From positions 5,733,784-5,797,783 of the forward strand of contig JAUPSS010000004.1 of assembly GCA_040285825.1 (NCBI GenBank): a stretch of DNA of 64,000 nt. Direction: 5' to 3'. The stretch's first letter is position 1. Each line of letters opens with the position of its first letter. The notes below the pieces were generated by a model. The model did not search any database and was not told where the DNA came from. It saw nothing but the letters and a program-made list of their open reading frames with translations. The position numbers and the translations under genes were made by a program. Source of the DNA: Eukaryota sp. TZLM1-RC. Lineage: Eukaryota; Protista; Metamonada: BaSk clade. This document shows, one piece after another, positions 13,413 to 26,692 of this stretch.

Positions 13413-13583
13413 GGATTCAATTTGCCATTATTAATAGATTACCGCGGTTTTTCAATCGAATTAGAGAAGCTTTAGCTAGACAGCAAGCAAATCAAGATTT
13501 TGTAGAGGAAATCTTGGTTTAATGATAGTCGTCCCATTAGTTATGATTTAATTTAATCAAGTGTGCAAATTCAATAAATTGAT
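13413..13583 (+). mobile_element. Family E 3'-end insertion in D
   Basis: Encodes ...QDFVEEILV*. TSD TTAAAAATTC (13403-13412 / 13584-13593). Confidence 0.85.
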
Positions 13584-13843
13584 TTAAAAATTCTGCAAAA
13601 TTCGAGAGAAATAGATGGTGATGTTGATCGTAAAATATGAGTAAATTTCCCTGAATAACAAGAAAAATCTGAGGAAGAAAAATTTAAGATGTTTTTCAAT
13701 ATTTAAATCTGAAAGAACCATCAATTCTTCTTCAAAATTATCCAAAAGAGAGGAAAGTTGATTTCGATTTTCATCAAAATTGCCTAAATAACAACCTAAA
13801 AAACGAAATCCTGATTCAAAATAATTGATAAAAGGAACACTTT

Positions 13844-14653
13844 TTTTTTAAAAACTGGAATATTTATTGAGATAAAAATAACCATCTAGAATTCAATATC
13901 CTCCAAACAAGCGTCACTATTACTGAACCTACTCACAGCATTACGTTCATATTCTACACCAATAGCTAAAAGTGCCTTTGAAATCATTGTTGGAATAGAC
14001 TTGAAAATGCAAAAAACAATTCTATTTAACCAGAAAGTGGAGTTCATTGTTTTACCAGACCTATTCAGTAATACTTTTTTAAAATTTTCCAAAAAGTGCA
14101 AGCCTGAAGGTCCAATATTGCCAAAAAGAGAAATTGCAAACGGCACAAACTGATATTTCACATGTTCCACTCTACCTAACTGTGCCAAAGGTTCTTCATA
14201 TTTTTTATCTTCTTTTTTTCGGCGTTAGATAACGGCGAGTCAGCGGAATACACTAAACGAGCAGCAGATTTTTTGCAAACATCCACTGAGACAACGTCTA
14301 CAACATTGAGAACACCATCGATCCCTGGAGCTACTAAATCTGCCCTTCTTTTACCAAAGGAATCATCAGTTTGATCTGAAGACAGCTTACGTACTAGTGG
14401 CTCGATAAATGCCTCTATATTGGAACTTTTGCACATGGCATATAATTGATCACGAACTGAGTCATGAACAAGTGAGCGATAAGTTATAAAATACTTACAG
14501 TTTAAAATATGGGAAAGCGTAACAACACTCTTGCAGCGACAAATTAAATCATTTGGCAATGAACAAGGCCATAGAAAACATCTCAATCTCATTGCAGTGG
14601 TCCATTGGTGATCATTAAGTAGAAGGCCGTAAATGTTGGGAATTTGGGAGATT
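13844..14653 (-). mobile_element. 5'-truncated family F copy in D
   Basis: RLE ORFs 14176-14592 and 13886-14188 (ends ACLEDIEF*). TSD AAGGAACACTTT (13832-13843 / 14654-14665). Confidence 0.88.
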
Positions 14654-14746
14654 AAGGAACACTTTGATCATCAATAATGAGATCAGCAGGCTCTCTACCA
14701 ATCAATAAACATTTGGAAATATTTAGAGAAAGACCAATTTGATAAT

Positions 14747-14765
14747 TTTTTTTAACATACTTTTA
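14747..14765 (-). mobile_element. 19-nt micro-insertion of a family A 3' tail
   Basis: Reverse complement TAAAAGTATGTTAAAAAAA equals the A tail at ~2568-2587. TSD AATTTGATAAT (14736-14746 / 14766-14776). Confidence 0.75.
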
Positions 14766-15358
14766 AATTTGATAATAGCGCTGTTGAACAATTTCAGCAA
14801 TTGTTCTCAATGAATCAATTGGACCAATTAATGATATGTCATCCATATAAGCAGTTATATGAACATCTGGAAATTCTTGTTTTAATTCACACAACAAAGG
14901 ATGGATAGCAAGGCAGAAAAAGAAAGGACCTAATGGATCACCTTGTTTGACACCAGATGATGATATTAGATTGAATTCCTCATAAACAAGAGTCGACTGT
15001 GAGCCATAAAAATTGTAAAAGAACGACTCAGCTTCTGGAAAATGAGTTTGAAGCAAGGGCAAGATGGACGACCTCTTCACTGCATTGAAAGCGTTTTTAA
15101 AATCTAAATTAAAAATATAATTCGAAGTATTTGAATTAAAAAAAACATCAGAAGAGAGTGCTGCAAAAGATGCACCATCAACTGTTTTAATTCCAAATTG
15201 GAAAGGACTAAAAAAATCTTTAGCTTTTTTACCAATCCTGCCAAACACAGCTGAAGCAAGAATACGAGACAAAGATTCACCAATTGCAATAGGCCTTATT
15301 TTTGATTCATTCTTTTTTAAAGCAATTAAGCGTGAACTTGTCATTTCAGATGGAAGCT

Positions 15359-17245
15359 ACAAAAATTGTCAAAGATTTTTGAAAGCTTGGATTTTGATGT
15401 TAGACTTGGCTTGGCCAAGAAAATTTTTTTAAATAACTTTTAATTTTTTTTAATATATTTATTTATTTATTTTCTACGAAGAATCAAATAGAACAAACTA
15501 AAACACATAAGAAACTAAATTCTCCACGCCAACTCTTGATGAATCCTTATAAAGTTTAGACATCATTAAACTCAAGTACTTGGGAACACTTCTGTACAAA
15601 GCGAAAATGATACGATTTTTCCATAAATTCTCTGCAAAATTCTTACCACTTGAACGACATAAATTACCAAAATCATTGATGAAATTCAAGGCGGATTGTC
15701 CAATGTTGCCAAAAATCGAAAAGGCAAAAGGAACAAACGAAAACTTCGAATAAAGGTTCTTATTTAAATCATTTAATATCTCAGTATATTTATCTCTCTT
15801 ACGATCTTCAGCCTTGTTCAAATGACCATTAGTACTAAGTAAAACATCATCGCGATAAACCAAAGCAAAGGGATCAACTGTAGTGAAATCAACAACAACT
15901 TGAGAGGAATCCACAAAAGGAGCAATTAAATCACCTCGACGTGAATTAAAAAGATTATCATCACTATAATGCTTCAACAAAGGTTCTACTTTGCAACTAA
16001 AATTGTAACACTTGAACATCTCATATGTCACATCACGAACGGCATTATGAAGAACTGACCTATATTGGAGAAATTTCTTACAGCTCACAATATGACGAAA
16101 ATTGGCAGTAGGTTTTTTGTTACAAATACAATAAGAATTGTCCAAAAGACCACTTGGATACATCCCTAATCTCAACCGCATGTTTTGTTTCCAAGCTTCA
16201 TTTGTTAAGTGAAGACCAAATGGCCTTGGTTGCTGAGATATTAAACTAGTACAGTTCTGAATGTCTGATAAAAAGGCAGCAAAGACGGGATTATTAATCT
16301 TAGTCACACTAAGTCGTTTAGAAAAATCCAGGTCTTAACTTTTAATTTATTATTAAACTACAGTCTAAAAGTCAATATCTTCAAGAAAAAGAATCCCGCT
16401 TTTGCAAATCTTTTACAAGATATGTGTGACAGTACTTCTTCTGCCTTAGTAACAACAATTCCACAAGTTTATGGTACTCTCTTATCCGATTCTGCTTGGA
16501 CTCTGAATATGAGATTTCGTTCCTTTATCTGGCCTGATAATTTACCTCATAATTTAATTTGTAAATGTTCTCGAGAAATTACAACTACTCATTTGTTAAA
16601 TTGTAAACATTTTATTACTTTTAGAAGCAAGGTTCATGATGCTGTAAGAGACCAGTTATATTGTATGTGTAAATCTCATAGAATTGAATCCTTCTTGGAA
16701 CCTCTGTTGTCAAATCTGTTTGATGCTGAAAATGATTTTCATATGAATAATAGAGGTGATGTCATATTACCTGGATTAGATGGAAGCTTCATTTTATTGG
16801 ATGTAATGTCTGTTGATCCTTGTAATGCCTCAAATGAAAGGCTTGTTAATTCTGAAATTCATAATCCCCTTTCAAATGCTGAAAATTTTAAATTCAAAAA
16901 ATACAATGAACCTTTGTCCAAATTGGCCAGTCTACAGCATGCAAAATACAATTTGTATCCATTTGTATTTTCCCTTTTTGGTTCACTTGCACCAACTGCT
17001 TTACGTTTTTGGATGATTTTGAAATGATTGTAAAGAGAAGAACTGGCAGAAATTTCAACAGATTGTTTTGGCAAAATAGAATTGTGTTTTCTATTTTTAA
17101 GGGGATGTTGAAGATGGTTTCTGATGCTTTGCTTTCTCTTGGATCTCACTATGAGAGAGTTGCATCTAGTGTTTTTGTTTTGGGAGAGATGGATTTCTTA
17201 GATGTTGATTTATAGGTTTAGAATAAAATTAAATTTTAAAAAAAA
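15359..17245 (+). mobile_element. Family B copy in D, containing a nested A tail and a family G copy
   Basis: 16-bp TSD ATTTCAGATGGAAGCT (15343-15358 / 17246-17261). ORF 16422-17215. Confidence 0.9.
15447..16335 (-). mobile_element. Family G copy (RLE domain) inserted in an A tail
   Basis: ORF 15498-16307 (CIC..HIVSC..HNAVRD..RRGD, ends VENLVSYVF*). TSD TAACTTTTAATTT (15434-15446 / 16336-16348). Confidence 0.85.
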
Positions 17246-17269
17246 ATTTCAGATGGAAGCTTGATTTTT

Positions 17270-17382
17270 TTTTTAAAAAACTGGAATATTTATTGAGATA
17301 AAAATAACCATCTAGAATTCAATATCCTCCAAACAAGCGTCACTATTACTGAACCTACTCACAGCATTACGTTCATATTCAT
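17270..17382 (-). mobile_element. Family F 3'-end insertion in D
   Basis: Same sequence as ~13844-13953. TSD AGCTTGATTTTT (17258-17269 / 17383-17394). Confidence 0.85.
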
Positions 17383-17519
17383 AGCTTGATTTTTAATGTT
17401 AAAATTTTGTTGAAAAAGAAAACCAAATCATCAATGCATTCAGGACATTGGTTTATCGTGGATTTTAACATGTCAAAAGTGATCATTGATGGACCAGGCG
17501 CTTTTCCAGATGGTAAGTG

Positions 17520-18699
17520 ATTGTTAAAATTCATTAAATGAAGTTTTCATTCATTAAATCTTTGAGTTCTCCGAAAGATTTGCAGATTGGGAAGATTTAT
17601 TGATGACAACGCAAAGTTCCACTGTTTTTGCATTAAATGAAGAAATTTCAAGAATTGATGTAGAAAAATGGGGTCGATGTTTTCCCCAATCATTCAATGG
17701 CAATATTCCAGAAAAAAATGTTTTAAATTTGAAGTACACTCTTCGAACATTACAGAAAAGATTGACTGGAATGTATGAAAAAGATCTTTATAATAATATT
17801 TGCAGCTCGGCTGTTTTAAATCAAGATCTTCACTCATTGTTATTGGAAAAGGGTGTTTGTGAAAACAAGGTGTCAGATTCTTCACTTTTTGTAACCATTG
17901 TACCACGAAGATTTGGATTGTGTGCTACTAATGAAGCATTTGTAACAAAAATGAGATTATATTTGAACATCCCCATTAACCAATTATTATCAAAAGAAAA
18001 ATGTATTTGTTCGAATTCACCTCAACTCACTTTGCGCCATGCTCTGAATTGCTCTAAATTGATAACTTATCGTTCTTCATTACATGATGCTGTTAGAGAC
18101 ACTGTTTTCAATATGGCACAAACTGCAAGGATATCGTGTATCAAAGAGCCCCTGCTGAAAGAAACACTTTCTCTGAATAATTTTGGTTCTGATGATAGAG
18201 GTGATGTATACTGTGATTGGATTGATAATTCTGAAGCTATTGTTGACTTTGTCTCATGTAATGTTGCAAACGATACTTTGGTTCACAGAAGAAAACTTAA
18301 TCCTGTGGCTGCTCTGAATTTTAAAGCAAAAGAAAAACATAGAAAATATGATAAAGAAATTGAAGATGCAAATATCGATAGAAATACACAGCTGGTTTTT
18401 ATTGCTTTTCCATTTTCGATAAATGGAAGATTATCAGTTGAAGCAGAAACTTTTTTGGATGACTTCCAAAAAATGGTGAAAGAAAAAACAATGAAAAGAT
18501 TTGATATTTTTTTATGGCGTTCACGGATTCAATTTGCCATTGTTAATAGATTACCGCGGTTTTTCAATCGAATTAGAGAAGCTTTAGCTAGACAGCAAGC
18601 AAATCAAGATTTTGTAGAGGAAATCTTGGTTTAATGATAGTCGTCCCATTAGTTATGATTTAATTTAATCAAGTGTGCAAATTCAATAAATTATATTTT
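17520..18699 (+). mobile_element. 5'-truncated family E copy in D
   Basis: ORF 17600-18634 (CICS..HALNC..HDAVRD..RGD). TSD AGATGGTAAGTG (17508-17519 / 18700-18711). Confidence 0.9.
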
Positions 18700-18729
18700 A
18701 GATGGTAAGTGGTTAATCAATTTAATTAG

Positions 18730-20765
18730 AATCAAAACCATAGATGGAGCTTCAGTTGCAGCTTTGACATCTGATTTGTTTTTCAATTGTCACGAAAATA
18801 GTTGCATTTTTAATCTTGATTTCAAAAATGCTTTCAATTCAGTGAAAAGAGATTCAATTTGGAAAGAAATCAAATCAAATTTTCCTGAACTCGAAACCTT
18901 TTTTTATAGGTTTTATGGTAATTCATCTGATTTAATTTTTAATTCTTTTAATCTGGATTCTTTATCAGGAGTTAAACAAGGAGACCCTTTAGGTCCTTTC
19001 TTTTTTTGTCTTGCAATTCACCCAATTTTGAAAAAATTAAAAGAAGAAAATTCTGACCTTCAAGTGGTAGCTTACATGGATGACATTTCTTGTATTGGTC
19101 CAGAAAGTACAATTAATAGGGTTGCTAATGAAGCTGCTACATTATACCAATCCATAGGTCTTGAGTTGAATGTTCAAAAATGTTTTAGTATTTCTAGGAA
19201 AAATGTTAAGTTAATAATTAATTCCCTTGAAGTTCCATATATTGATTATACTTCAACTAGTTTCTGCTTTCTTGGTTGCTATTTAGGTTCCGCCGAAAAA
19301 ACACTTGATAGCCTTGAAAATTATTTAAATTCAATTAAAAAAGAGCTAGAAGTCATAAAGACTCTTGAATTGGAAAAACATCTTAAGTTTTTTCTTTTGA
19401 AAATTTGTTATGCTGGAAAAATTACTCATTTACTGAGATCATTACCTCCATCCCTAACTTACAATTTTTGTAGACAATTTAACAAAATACGTACCCAGTT
19501 TTTGGCTTATTTAATGTCTGTTGATCCATCAATTTTGAAAAATCATATTTTTTCTGATGTTCAACTTGGCGGTGTTGGATTCAATTCATCAAAATATTTG
19601 ACCAAAGCTGCATTTATTGGTGGTGGAAAAAATTTTGTATTTGAATTCTCCAGAAGATATCCTTTTGCCGAAAATCTTCTTGAAACTACAAATAGCCTAT
19701 TCCTCGATAACTTAAGAGAAGAAATTTCCAGTTTATCTCCAGACTTATGGCAATCATGTTTCCCCATATCTATTCAAGACATTCCAGACAGAAGTTTGTA
19801 TTCTCTAAAATTTGCGTTGAAAAAGCTCCAACGACATCTTTTGAAAAATTTGAAAGCAAGGATTTTATTGTTCGACTTAGCACGGCTAAGAAAGAAAATC
19901 CTGTTTTTGCAAATTTTTGATTGATTGAAGGACAGTTCATCTGCAGTTTTGATAAATCAAATTCCCCAGATTTATGGTCTATTTTTGAATGACGACCAAT
20001 GGACCACTGCTATGAGAATGCGTTGTTATTTATGGCCTTGTAATTTGCCCAATGATTTGTTTTTGCAAATGTGGAGCTGGTTTGACATTATCACATTTAT
20101 TTAATTGTAATAGATTTATTTCCTATCGTTCTACGTTGCATGATGCAGTCAGAGATCAAATCCATGCAATGTGTAATTCCTATCATATTGAATCTTTTGT
20201 AGAACCTTTGTTGAGGTCTCTTGATATAAATGAAAGCGTAAGAGATTCAGAATATGGAAAACGACGTGCTGATGTTGTTGTGCCCTCGTTTGATGATGTC
20301 ATGAATGTTGTTGATGTCGTAACAGTGGATGTTTGCAAGAAAAATGCCTTGAAAAATGCTCAATCCGAAGTATCCCCCCTTGATGACTCCGAATTGTACA
20401 AATGGAAAAAGTATGCAAATCCTTTAAAAGAATTGAAACATGTTCGCCATGTAGATTACCAAATTTGCCCATTTGCTATATCGTTGTATGGTCGTCTTGG
20501 AAAAACTGCTATGAATTTTATTGATGATTTTGAAAATCTTGTGAAAAGAAGAATGAATAAGCGTTTTGATCGTCGCTTGTGGCTAAATCGTATTGTTTTT
20601 ACTATTTTCAAATCAATTCCTAAAATGATTTCGAAAGCTTTGATGTCTGTCAGTGCACATTACGAAGAAATTGCTGTTGTGAGGTTTGATGGTGTGGAAG
20701 CTTGTTTTGAAGATATTGACTTTTAGACTGTAGTTTAATAATAAATTAAAAGTTATTTAAAAAAA
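18730..20765 (+). mobile_element. 5'-truncated family A copy in D
   Basis: ORFs 18764-19924 and 20052-20726. TSD AATTTAATTAG (18719-18729 / 20766-20776). Confidence 0.9.
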
Positions 20766-21300
20766 AATTTAATTAGTTCATCATTAGTTACGGGATTTTG
20801 CTCCCAATAACTTACATTATTGGGTTTAGGGCACTTAAAATTTTCAACAGGATGGAGACTCTTTAGTTGAGCAATAGTATTTTCATTACATTCTGCAAGT
20901 TCAGATGAAAACAAGCATTGCTTAGCGGAACCATAGCGTCCCTTTAAAGCTAATTTTCGAACAATTTTTTCTTTCTTCATTACTGAAGGACGAAATTTTG
21001 ATTTCGATGACAATAATTTTTTATCTTTAAGCAAAAAAATTTCCATAGCGGTGTTACATCCCATATGCCTTTTTTTAAATTGGTAGTAAATTTTCGAAAA
21101 CTAATCGAAAAGGGGATGCAAGAAAGAGGACTTACCTGTGATGGAACACGTATTGGAGGCCTCAAGGAATCAACAGCTTTACATGATTCGCGAAAACGTA
21201 ATGGTCGGCCAGAAGAATTAATGCCCAAATTTTTGGTACAAAATATACACTTATTATTCGGAGAATCAATGGATGAATTTACAGGTACTATTGCTGGTAT

Positions 21301-23968
21301 AATCCCCTTTCAAATGCTGAAAATTTTAAATTCAAAAAATTTTTTTTAAAATTGAATTTTATTCTAAACCTATAAATCAACATCTAAAAAATCCATCTCT
21401 CCCAAAACAAAAACACTAGATGCAACTCTCTCATAGTGAGATCAAAAAATTCAAAAAATACAATGAACCTTTGTCCAAATTGGCCAGTCTACAGCATGCA
21501 AAATACAATTTGTATCCATTTGTATTTTCCCTTTTTGGTTCACTTGCACCAACTGCTTTACGTTTTTTGGATGATTTTGAAATGATTGTAAAGAGAAGAA
21601 CTGGCAGAAATTTCAACAGATTGTTTTGGCAAAATAGAATGGCCCAATTGCCATTGGTGAAGCCATTTATCGCCTGATGTCTTCAGTAATTTTTAATTGA
21701 GTTTCAACAAAAGCTAAAGAATACTTTTCTCCATTCCAATATGGAATCAAAACCATAGATGGAGCTTCAGTTGCAGCTTTGACATCTGATTTGTTTTTCA
21801 ATTGTCACGAAAATAGTTGCATTTTTAATCTTGATTTCAAAAATGCTTTCAATTCAGTGAAAAGAGATTCAATTTGGAAAGAAATCAAATCAAATTTTCC
21901 TGAACTCGAAACCTTTTTTTATAGGTTTTATGGTAATTCATCTGATTTAATTTTTAATTCTTTTAATCTTGATTCTTTATCAGGAGTTAAACAAGGACCC
22001 TTTAGGTCCTTTCTTTTTTTGTCTTGCAATTCACCCAATTTTGAAAAAATTAAAAGAAGAAAATTCCGACCTTCAAGTGGTAGCCTACATGGATGACATT
22101 TCTTGTATTGGTCCAGAAAGTACAATTAATAGGGTTGCTAATGAAGCTGCTACATTATACCAATCCATAGGTCTTGAGTTGAATGTTCAAAAATGTTTTT
22201 GTATTTCTAGGAAAAATGTTAAGTTAATAATTAATTCCCTTGAAGTTCCATATATTGATTATACTTCAACTAGTTTCTGCTTTCTTGGTTGCTATTTAGG
22301 TTCCGCCGAAAAAACACTTGATAGCCTTGAAAATTATTTAAATTCAATTAAAAAAGAGCTAGAAGTCATAAAGACTCTTGAATTGGAAAAACATCTTAAG
22401 TTTTTTCTTTTGAAAATTTGTTATGCTGGAAAAATTACTCATTTACTGAGATCATTACCTCCATCCCTAACTTACAATTTTTGTAGACAATTTAACAAAA
22501 TACGTACCCAATTTTTGGCTTATTTAATGTCTGTTGATCCATCAATTTTGAAAAATCATATTTTTTCTGATGTTTAACTTGGCGGTGTTGGATTCAATTC
22601 ATCAAAATATTTGACCAAAGCTGCATTTATTGGTGGTGGAAAAAATTTTGTATTTGAATTCTCCAGAAGATATCCTTTTGCCGAAAATCTTCTTGAAACT
22701 ACAAATAGCCTATTCCTCGATAACTTAAGAGAAGAAATTTCCAGTTTATCTCCAGACTTATGGCAATCATGTTTCCCCATATCTATTCAAGACATTCCAG
22801 ACAGAAGTTTGTATTCTCTAAAATTTGCGTTGAAAAAGCTCCAACGACATCTTTTGAAAAAATTTGAAAGCAAGGATTTTATTGTTCGACTTAGCACGGC
22901 TAAGAAAGAAAATCCTGTTTTGCAAATTTTTGATTGATTGAAGGACAGTTCTTCTGCAGTTTTGATAAATCAAATTCCCCAGATTTATGGTCTATTTTTG
23001 AATGACGACCAATGGACCACTGCTATGAGAATGCGTTGTTATTTATGGCCTTGTAATTTGCCCAATGATTTGTTTTTGCAAATGTGGAGCTGGTTTGACA
23101 TTATCACATTTATTTAATTGTAATAGATTTATTTCCTATCGTTCTACGTTGCATGATGCAGTCAGAGATCAAATCCATGCAATGTGTAATTCCTATCATA
23201 TTGAATCTTTTGTAGAACCTTTGTTGAGGTCTCTTGATATAAATGAAAGCGTAAGAGATTCAGAATATGGAAAACGACGTGCTGATGTTGTTGTGCCCTC
23301 GTTTGATGATGTCATGAATGTTGTTGATGTCGTAACAGTGGATGTTTGCAAGAAAAATGCCTTGAAAAATGCTCAATCCGAAGTATCCCCCCTCGATGAC
23401 TCCGAATTGTACAAACGGAAAAAGTATGCAAATCCTTTAAAAGAATTGAAACATGTTCGCCATGTAGATTACCAAATTTGCCCATTTGCTATATCGTTGT
23501 ATGGTCGTCTTGGAAAAACTGCTATGAATTTTATTGATGATTTTGAAAATCTTGTGAAAAGAAGAATGAATAAGCGTTTTGATCGTCGCTTGTGGCTAAA
23601 TCGTATTGTTTTTACTATTTTCAAATCAATTCCTAAAATGATTTCGAAAGCTTTGATGTCTGTCAGTGCACATTACGAAGAAATTGCTGTTGTGAGGTTT
23701 GATGGTGTGGAAGCTTGTTTTGAAGATATTGACTTTTTAGACTGTAGTTTAATAATAAATTAAAATTTTTCAAAAAAAAATAGAATTGTGTTTTCTATTT
23801 TTAAGGGGATGTTGAAGATGGTTTCTGATGCTTTGCTTTCTCTTGGATCTCACTATGAGAGAGTTGCATCTAGTGTTTTTGTTTTGGGAGAGATGGATTT
23901 TTTAGATGTTGATTTATAGGTTTAATAATATGTAGTTTAATAATAAATTAAAATTTTTCAAAAAAAAT
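21301..23968 (+). mobile_element. Family B 3' copy in D, carrying an antisense B tail (21341-21446) and an A copy
   Basis: Outer TSD TTGCTGGTAT (21291-21300 / 23969-23978). Inner TSD AAATTCAAAAAAT. Confidence 0.82.
21641..23776 (+). mobile_element. 5'-truncated family A copy in B
   Basis: TSD AAAATAGAAT (21631-21640 / 23777-23786). RT and RLE fragments. Confidence 0.9.
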
Positions 23969-24582
23969 TTGCTGGTATTTCTTGATCAGCATTATCATCA
24001 CTTATGGGTAACGAAGAGAGTGATTATTTCAAATCAGCAGATGCAGCACGAGCTTTGAATTGTTCTTGTTTTACTTGGGGACATGTTTTAACGTTATGTC
24101 CCGGTTGACGACATTTACCACAACTCTGAGAATGAACTTTTCCAGTTTTTAATGGTAATGGTTTCATTTTTTCAGTTATTTCTATTTTGTCAATTGGTGA
24201 GTTAAAAGTAGAAATAGATTTTTGACTTTTTCCAATTTTAGCTGGAGAAAACAAATTTCGAGAAACGGAGTTGTTGATAGAACGTGCAACAGAACGTAAG
24301 GAACGTAATTGTGGTTTTTGTGTGTTTTTTCTGGTACAATGATCAGTTTTTGAATTGAAATTTTTTTGAGATGAATTTCGAGCATAGCTTGTATTGTGGG
24401 GAGAGTGGAGAAGTGAAGAAGATGAGCTTGGTCTGACTGGTAGAATCTTTACTCGGGCGTTCCAATCAGTATCAGAGTCACTATCAGCCAATGGCATCGT
24501 TCTGACAGAGAAACAGTACGACTTTGACGCCGTGACAGAAAGTGAAATATGAGAGGGTTGACTAAGGGAGGGAGAAAAAAAA

Positions 24583-26245
24583 TTCTTCTTTTCACAAGAT
24601 TTTCAAAATCATCAATAAAATTCATAGCAGTTTTTCCAAGACGACCATACAACGATATAGCAAATGGGCAAATTTGGTAATCTACATGGCGAACATGTTT
24701 CAATTCTTTTAAAGGATTTGCATACTTTTTCCTTTTGTACAATTCGGAGTCATCAAGGGGGGATACTTCGGATTGAGCATTTTTCAAGGCATTTTTCTTG
24801 CAAACATCCACTGTTACGACATCAACAACATTCATGACATCATCAAACGAGGGCACAACAACATCAGCAAGTCGTTTTCCATATTCTGAATCTCTTACGC
24901 TTTCATTTATATCAAGAGACCTCAACAAAGGTTCTACAAAAGATTCAATATGATAGGAATTACACATTGCATGGATTTGATCTCTGACTGCATCATGCAA
25001 CGTAGAACGATAGGAAATAAATCTATTACAATTAAATAAATGTGATAATGTCAAACCAGCTCCACATTTGCAAAACAAATCATTGGGCAAATTACAAGGC
25101 CATAAATAACAACGCATTCTCATAGCAGTGGTCCATTGGTCGTCATTCAAAAATAGGCCATAAATCTGGGGAATTTGATTTATCAAAACTGCAGATGAAC
25201 TGTCCTTCAAATCAATCAAAAAATTTGCAAAAGCAGGATTTTCTTTCTTAGCCGTGCTAAGTCGAACAATAAAATCCTTGCTTTCAAATTTTTTCAAAAG
25301 ATGTCGTTGGAGCTTTTTCAACGCAAATTTTAATGAATACCAACTTCTGTCTGGAATTTCTTGAATGGATATGGGGAAACATGATTGCCATAAGTCGGGA
25401 GATAAACTGGATATTTCTTCTCTTAAGTTATCGAGGAATAAGCTATTTGTAGTTTCAAGAAGATTTTCGGCAAAAGGATATCTTCTAGAGAATTCAAATA
25501 CAAAATTTTTTCCACCACCAATAAATGCAGCTTTGGTCAAATATTTTGATGAATTGAATCCAACACCGCCAAGTTGAACATCAGAAAAAATATGATTTTT
25601 CAAAATTGATGGATCAACAGACATTAAATAAGCCAAAAATTGGGTACGGATTTTGTTAAATTGTCTACAAAAATTGTAAGTTAGGGATGGAGGTAATGAT
25701 CGCAGTAAATGAGTAATTTTTCCAGCATAACAAATTTTCAAAAGAAAAAACTTAAGATGTTTTTCCAATTCAAGAGTCTTTATAACTTCTAGCTCTTTTT
25801 TAATTGAATTTAAATAGTTTTCAAGGCTATGAAGTGTCTTATCGGCGGAACCTAAATAGCAACCAAGAAAGCAGAAACTAGTTGAAGTATAATCAATATA
25901 TGGAACTTCAAGGGAATTAATTATTAACTTAACATTTTTCCTAGAAATACAAAAACATTTGATTGGTATAATGTAGCAGCTTCATTAGCAACCCTATTAA
26001 TTGTACTTTCTGGACCAATACAAGAAATGTCATCCATATAGGCTACCACTTGAAGGTCAGAATTTTCTTCTTTTAATTTTTTCAAAATTGGGTGAATCGC
26101 AAGACAAAAAAAGAAAGGACCTAAAGGGTCTCCTTGTTTAACTCCTGATAACGAATCAAGATTAAAGGAATTAAAAATTAAATCAGATGATTTACCATAA
26201 AACCTATAAAAAAAGGTTTCGAGTACAGGGAAATTTGATTTGAGT
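24583..26245 (-). mobile_element. Family A copy on the minus strand, cut at its 3' part by the D element
   Basis: ORF 24449-25768 reads A protein up to LVKRR, then runs into the D leader. Confidence 0.85.
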
Positions 26246-26692
26246 TCTTAAAGTGTTTAATTGTTTAAAGTTTTAATTTGAATTTTTTAGCCAAAATTAA
26301 AAGCATTTTTAAAAAATTAAAAATGTAATTAGAATAACTAGAATTGAAGAAAACCGGACTGATCTCTTTTTAATTTGCAGTTTTGTTGTAAAAAACTTCA
26401 AAAATTGTCAAAGATTTTAGAAAGCTTGGATTTTGATGTTGGCTTCGCCACGAAAACGAATTCCGCTTTTGCAAATCTTTTACAAGATAAGTGTGACAGA
26501 ACATCTTCTGCTTTAGTAACAACAATTCCTCAAGTTTATTGTACAATCCTAACTGATTCTGCTTGGACTTTGAATATGAGATTTCGTTCCTTTATCTGGC
26601 CTGATAATTTATAGTGCTGATGTTGTTGTGCCCTCGTTTAATGATGTCATCAATGTTGTTGATGTCGTAACCGTGGATGTTTGCAAGAAAAA
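26246..26692. mobile_element. Decayed chimeric C-like / B-like / A fragments
   Basis: Degenerate RT/RLE pieces. 26160-26611 matches 53160-53900. Confidence 0.65.

Larger units (their letters stand above)
12291..24582 (-). mobile_element. Family D element, 5'-intact, split by seven first-level insertions
   Basis: Collinear pieces run from the leader (24582) and ATG (24497) through 23969-24497, 20766-21300, 18700-18729, 17383-17519, 14654-15358, 13584-13843 and 12291-13412. Each break has a TSD. Confidence 0.85.

Noticed and set aside
24449-25768. Novel fusion protein ORF (also 387-908, 26954-28354, 21420-21677)
   Set aside because: These are read-throughs across insertion junctions between different elements.
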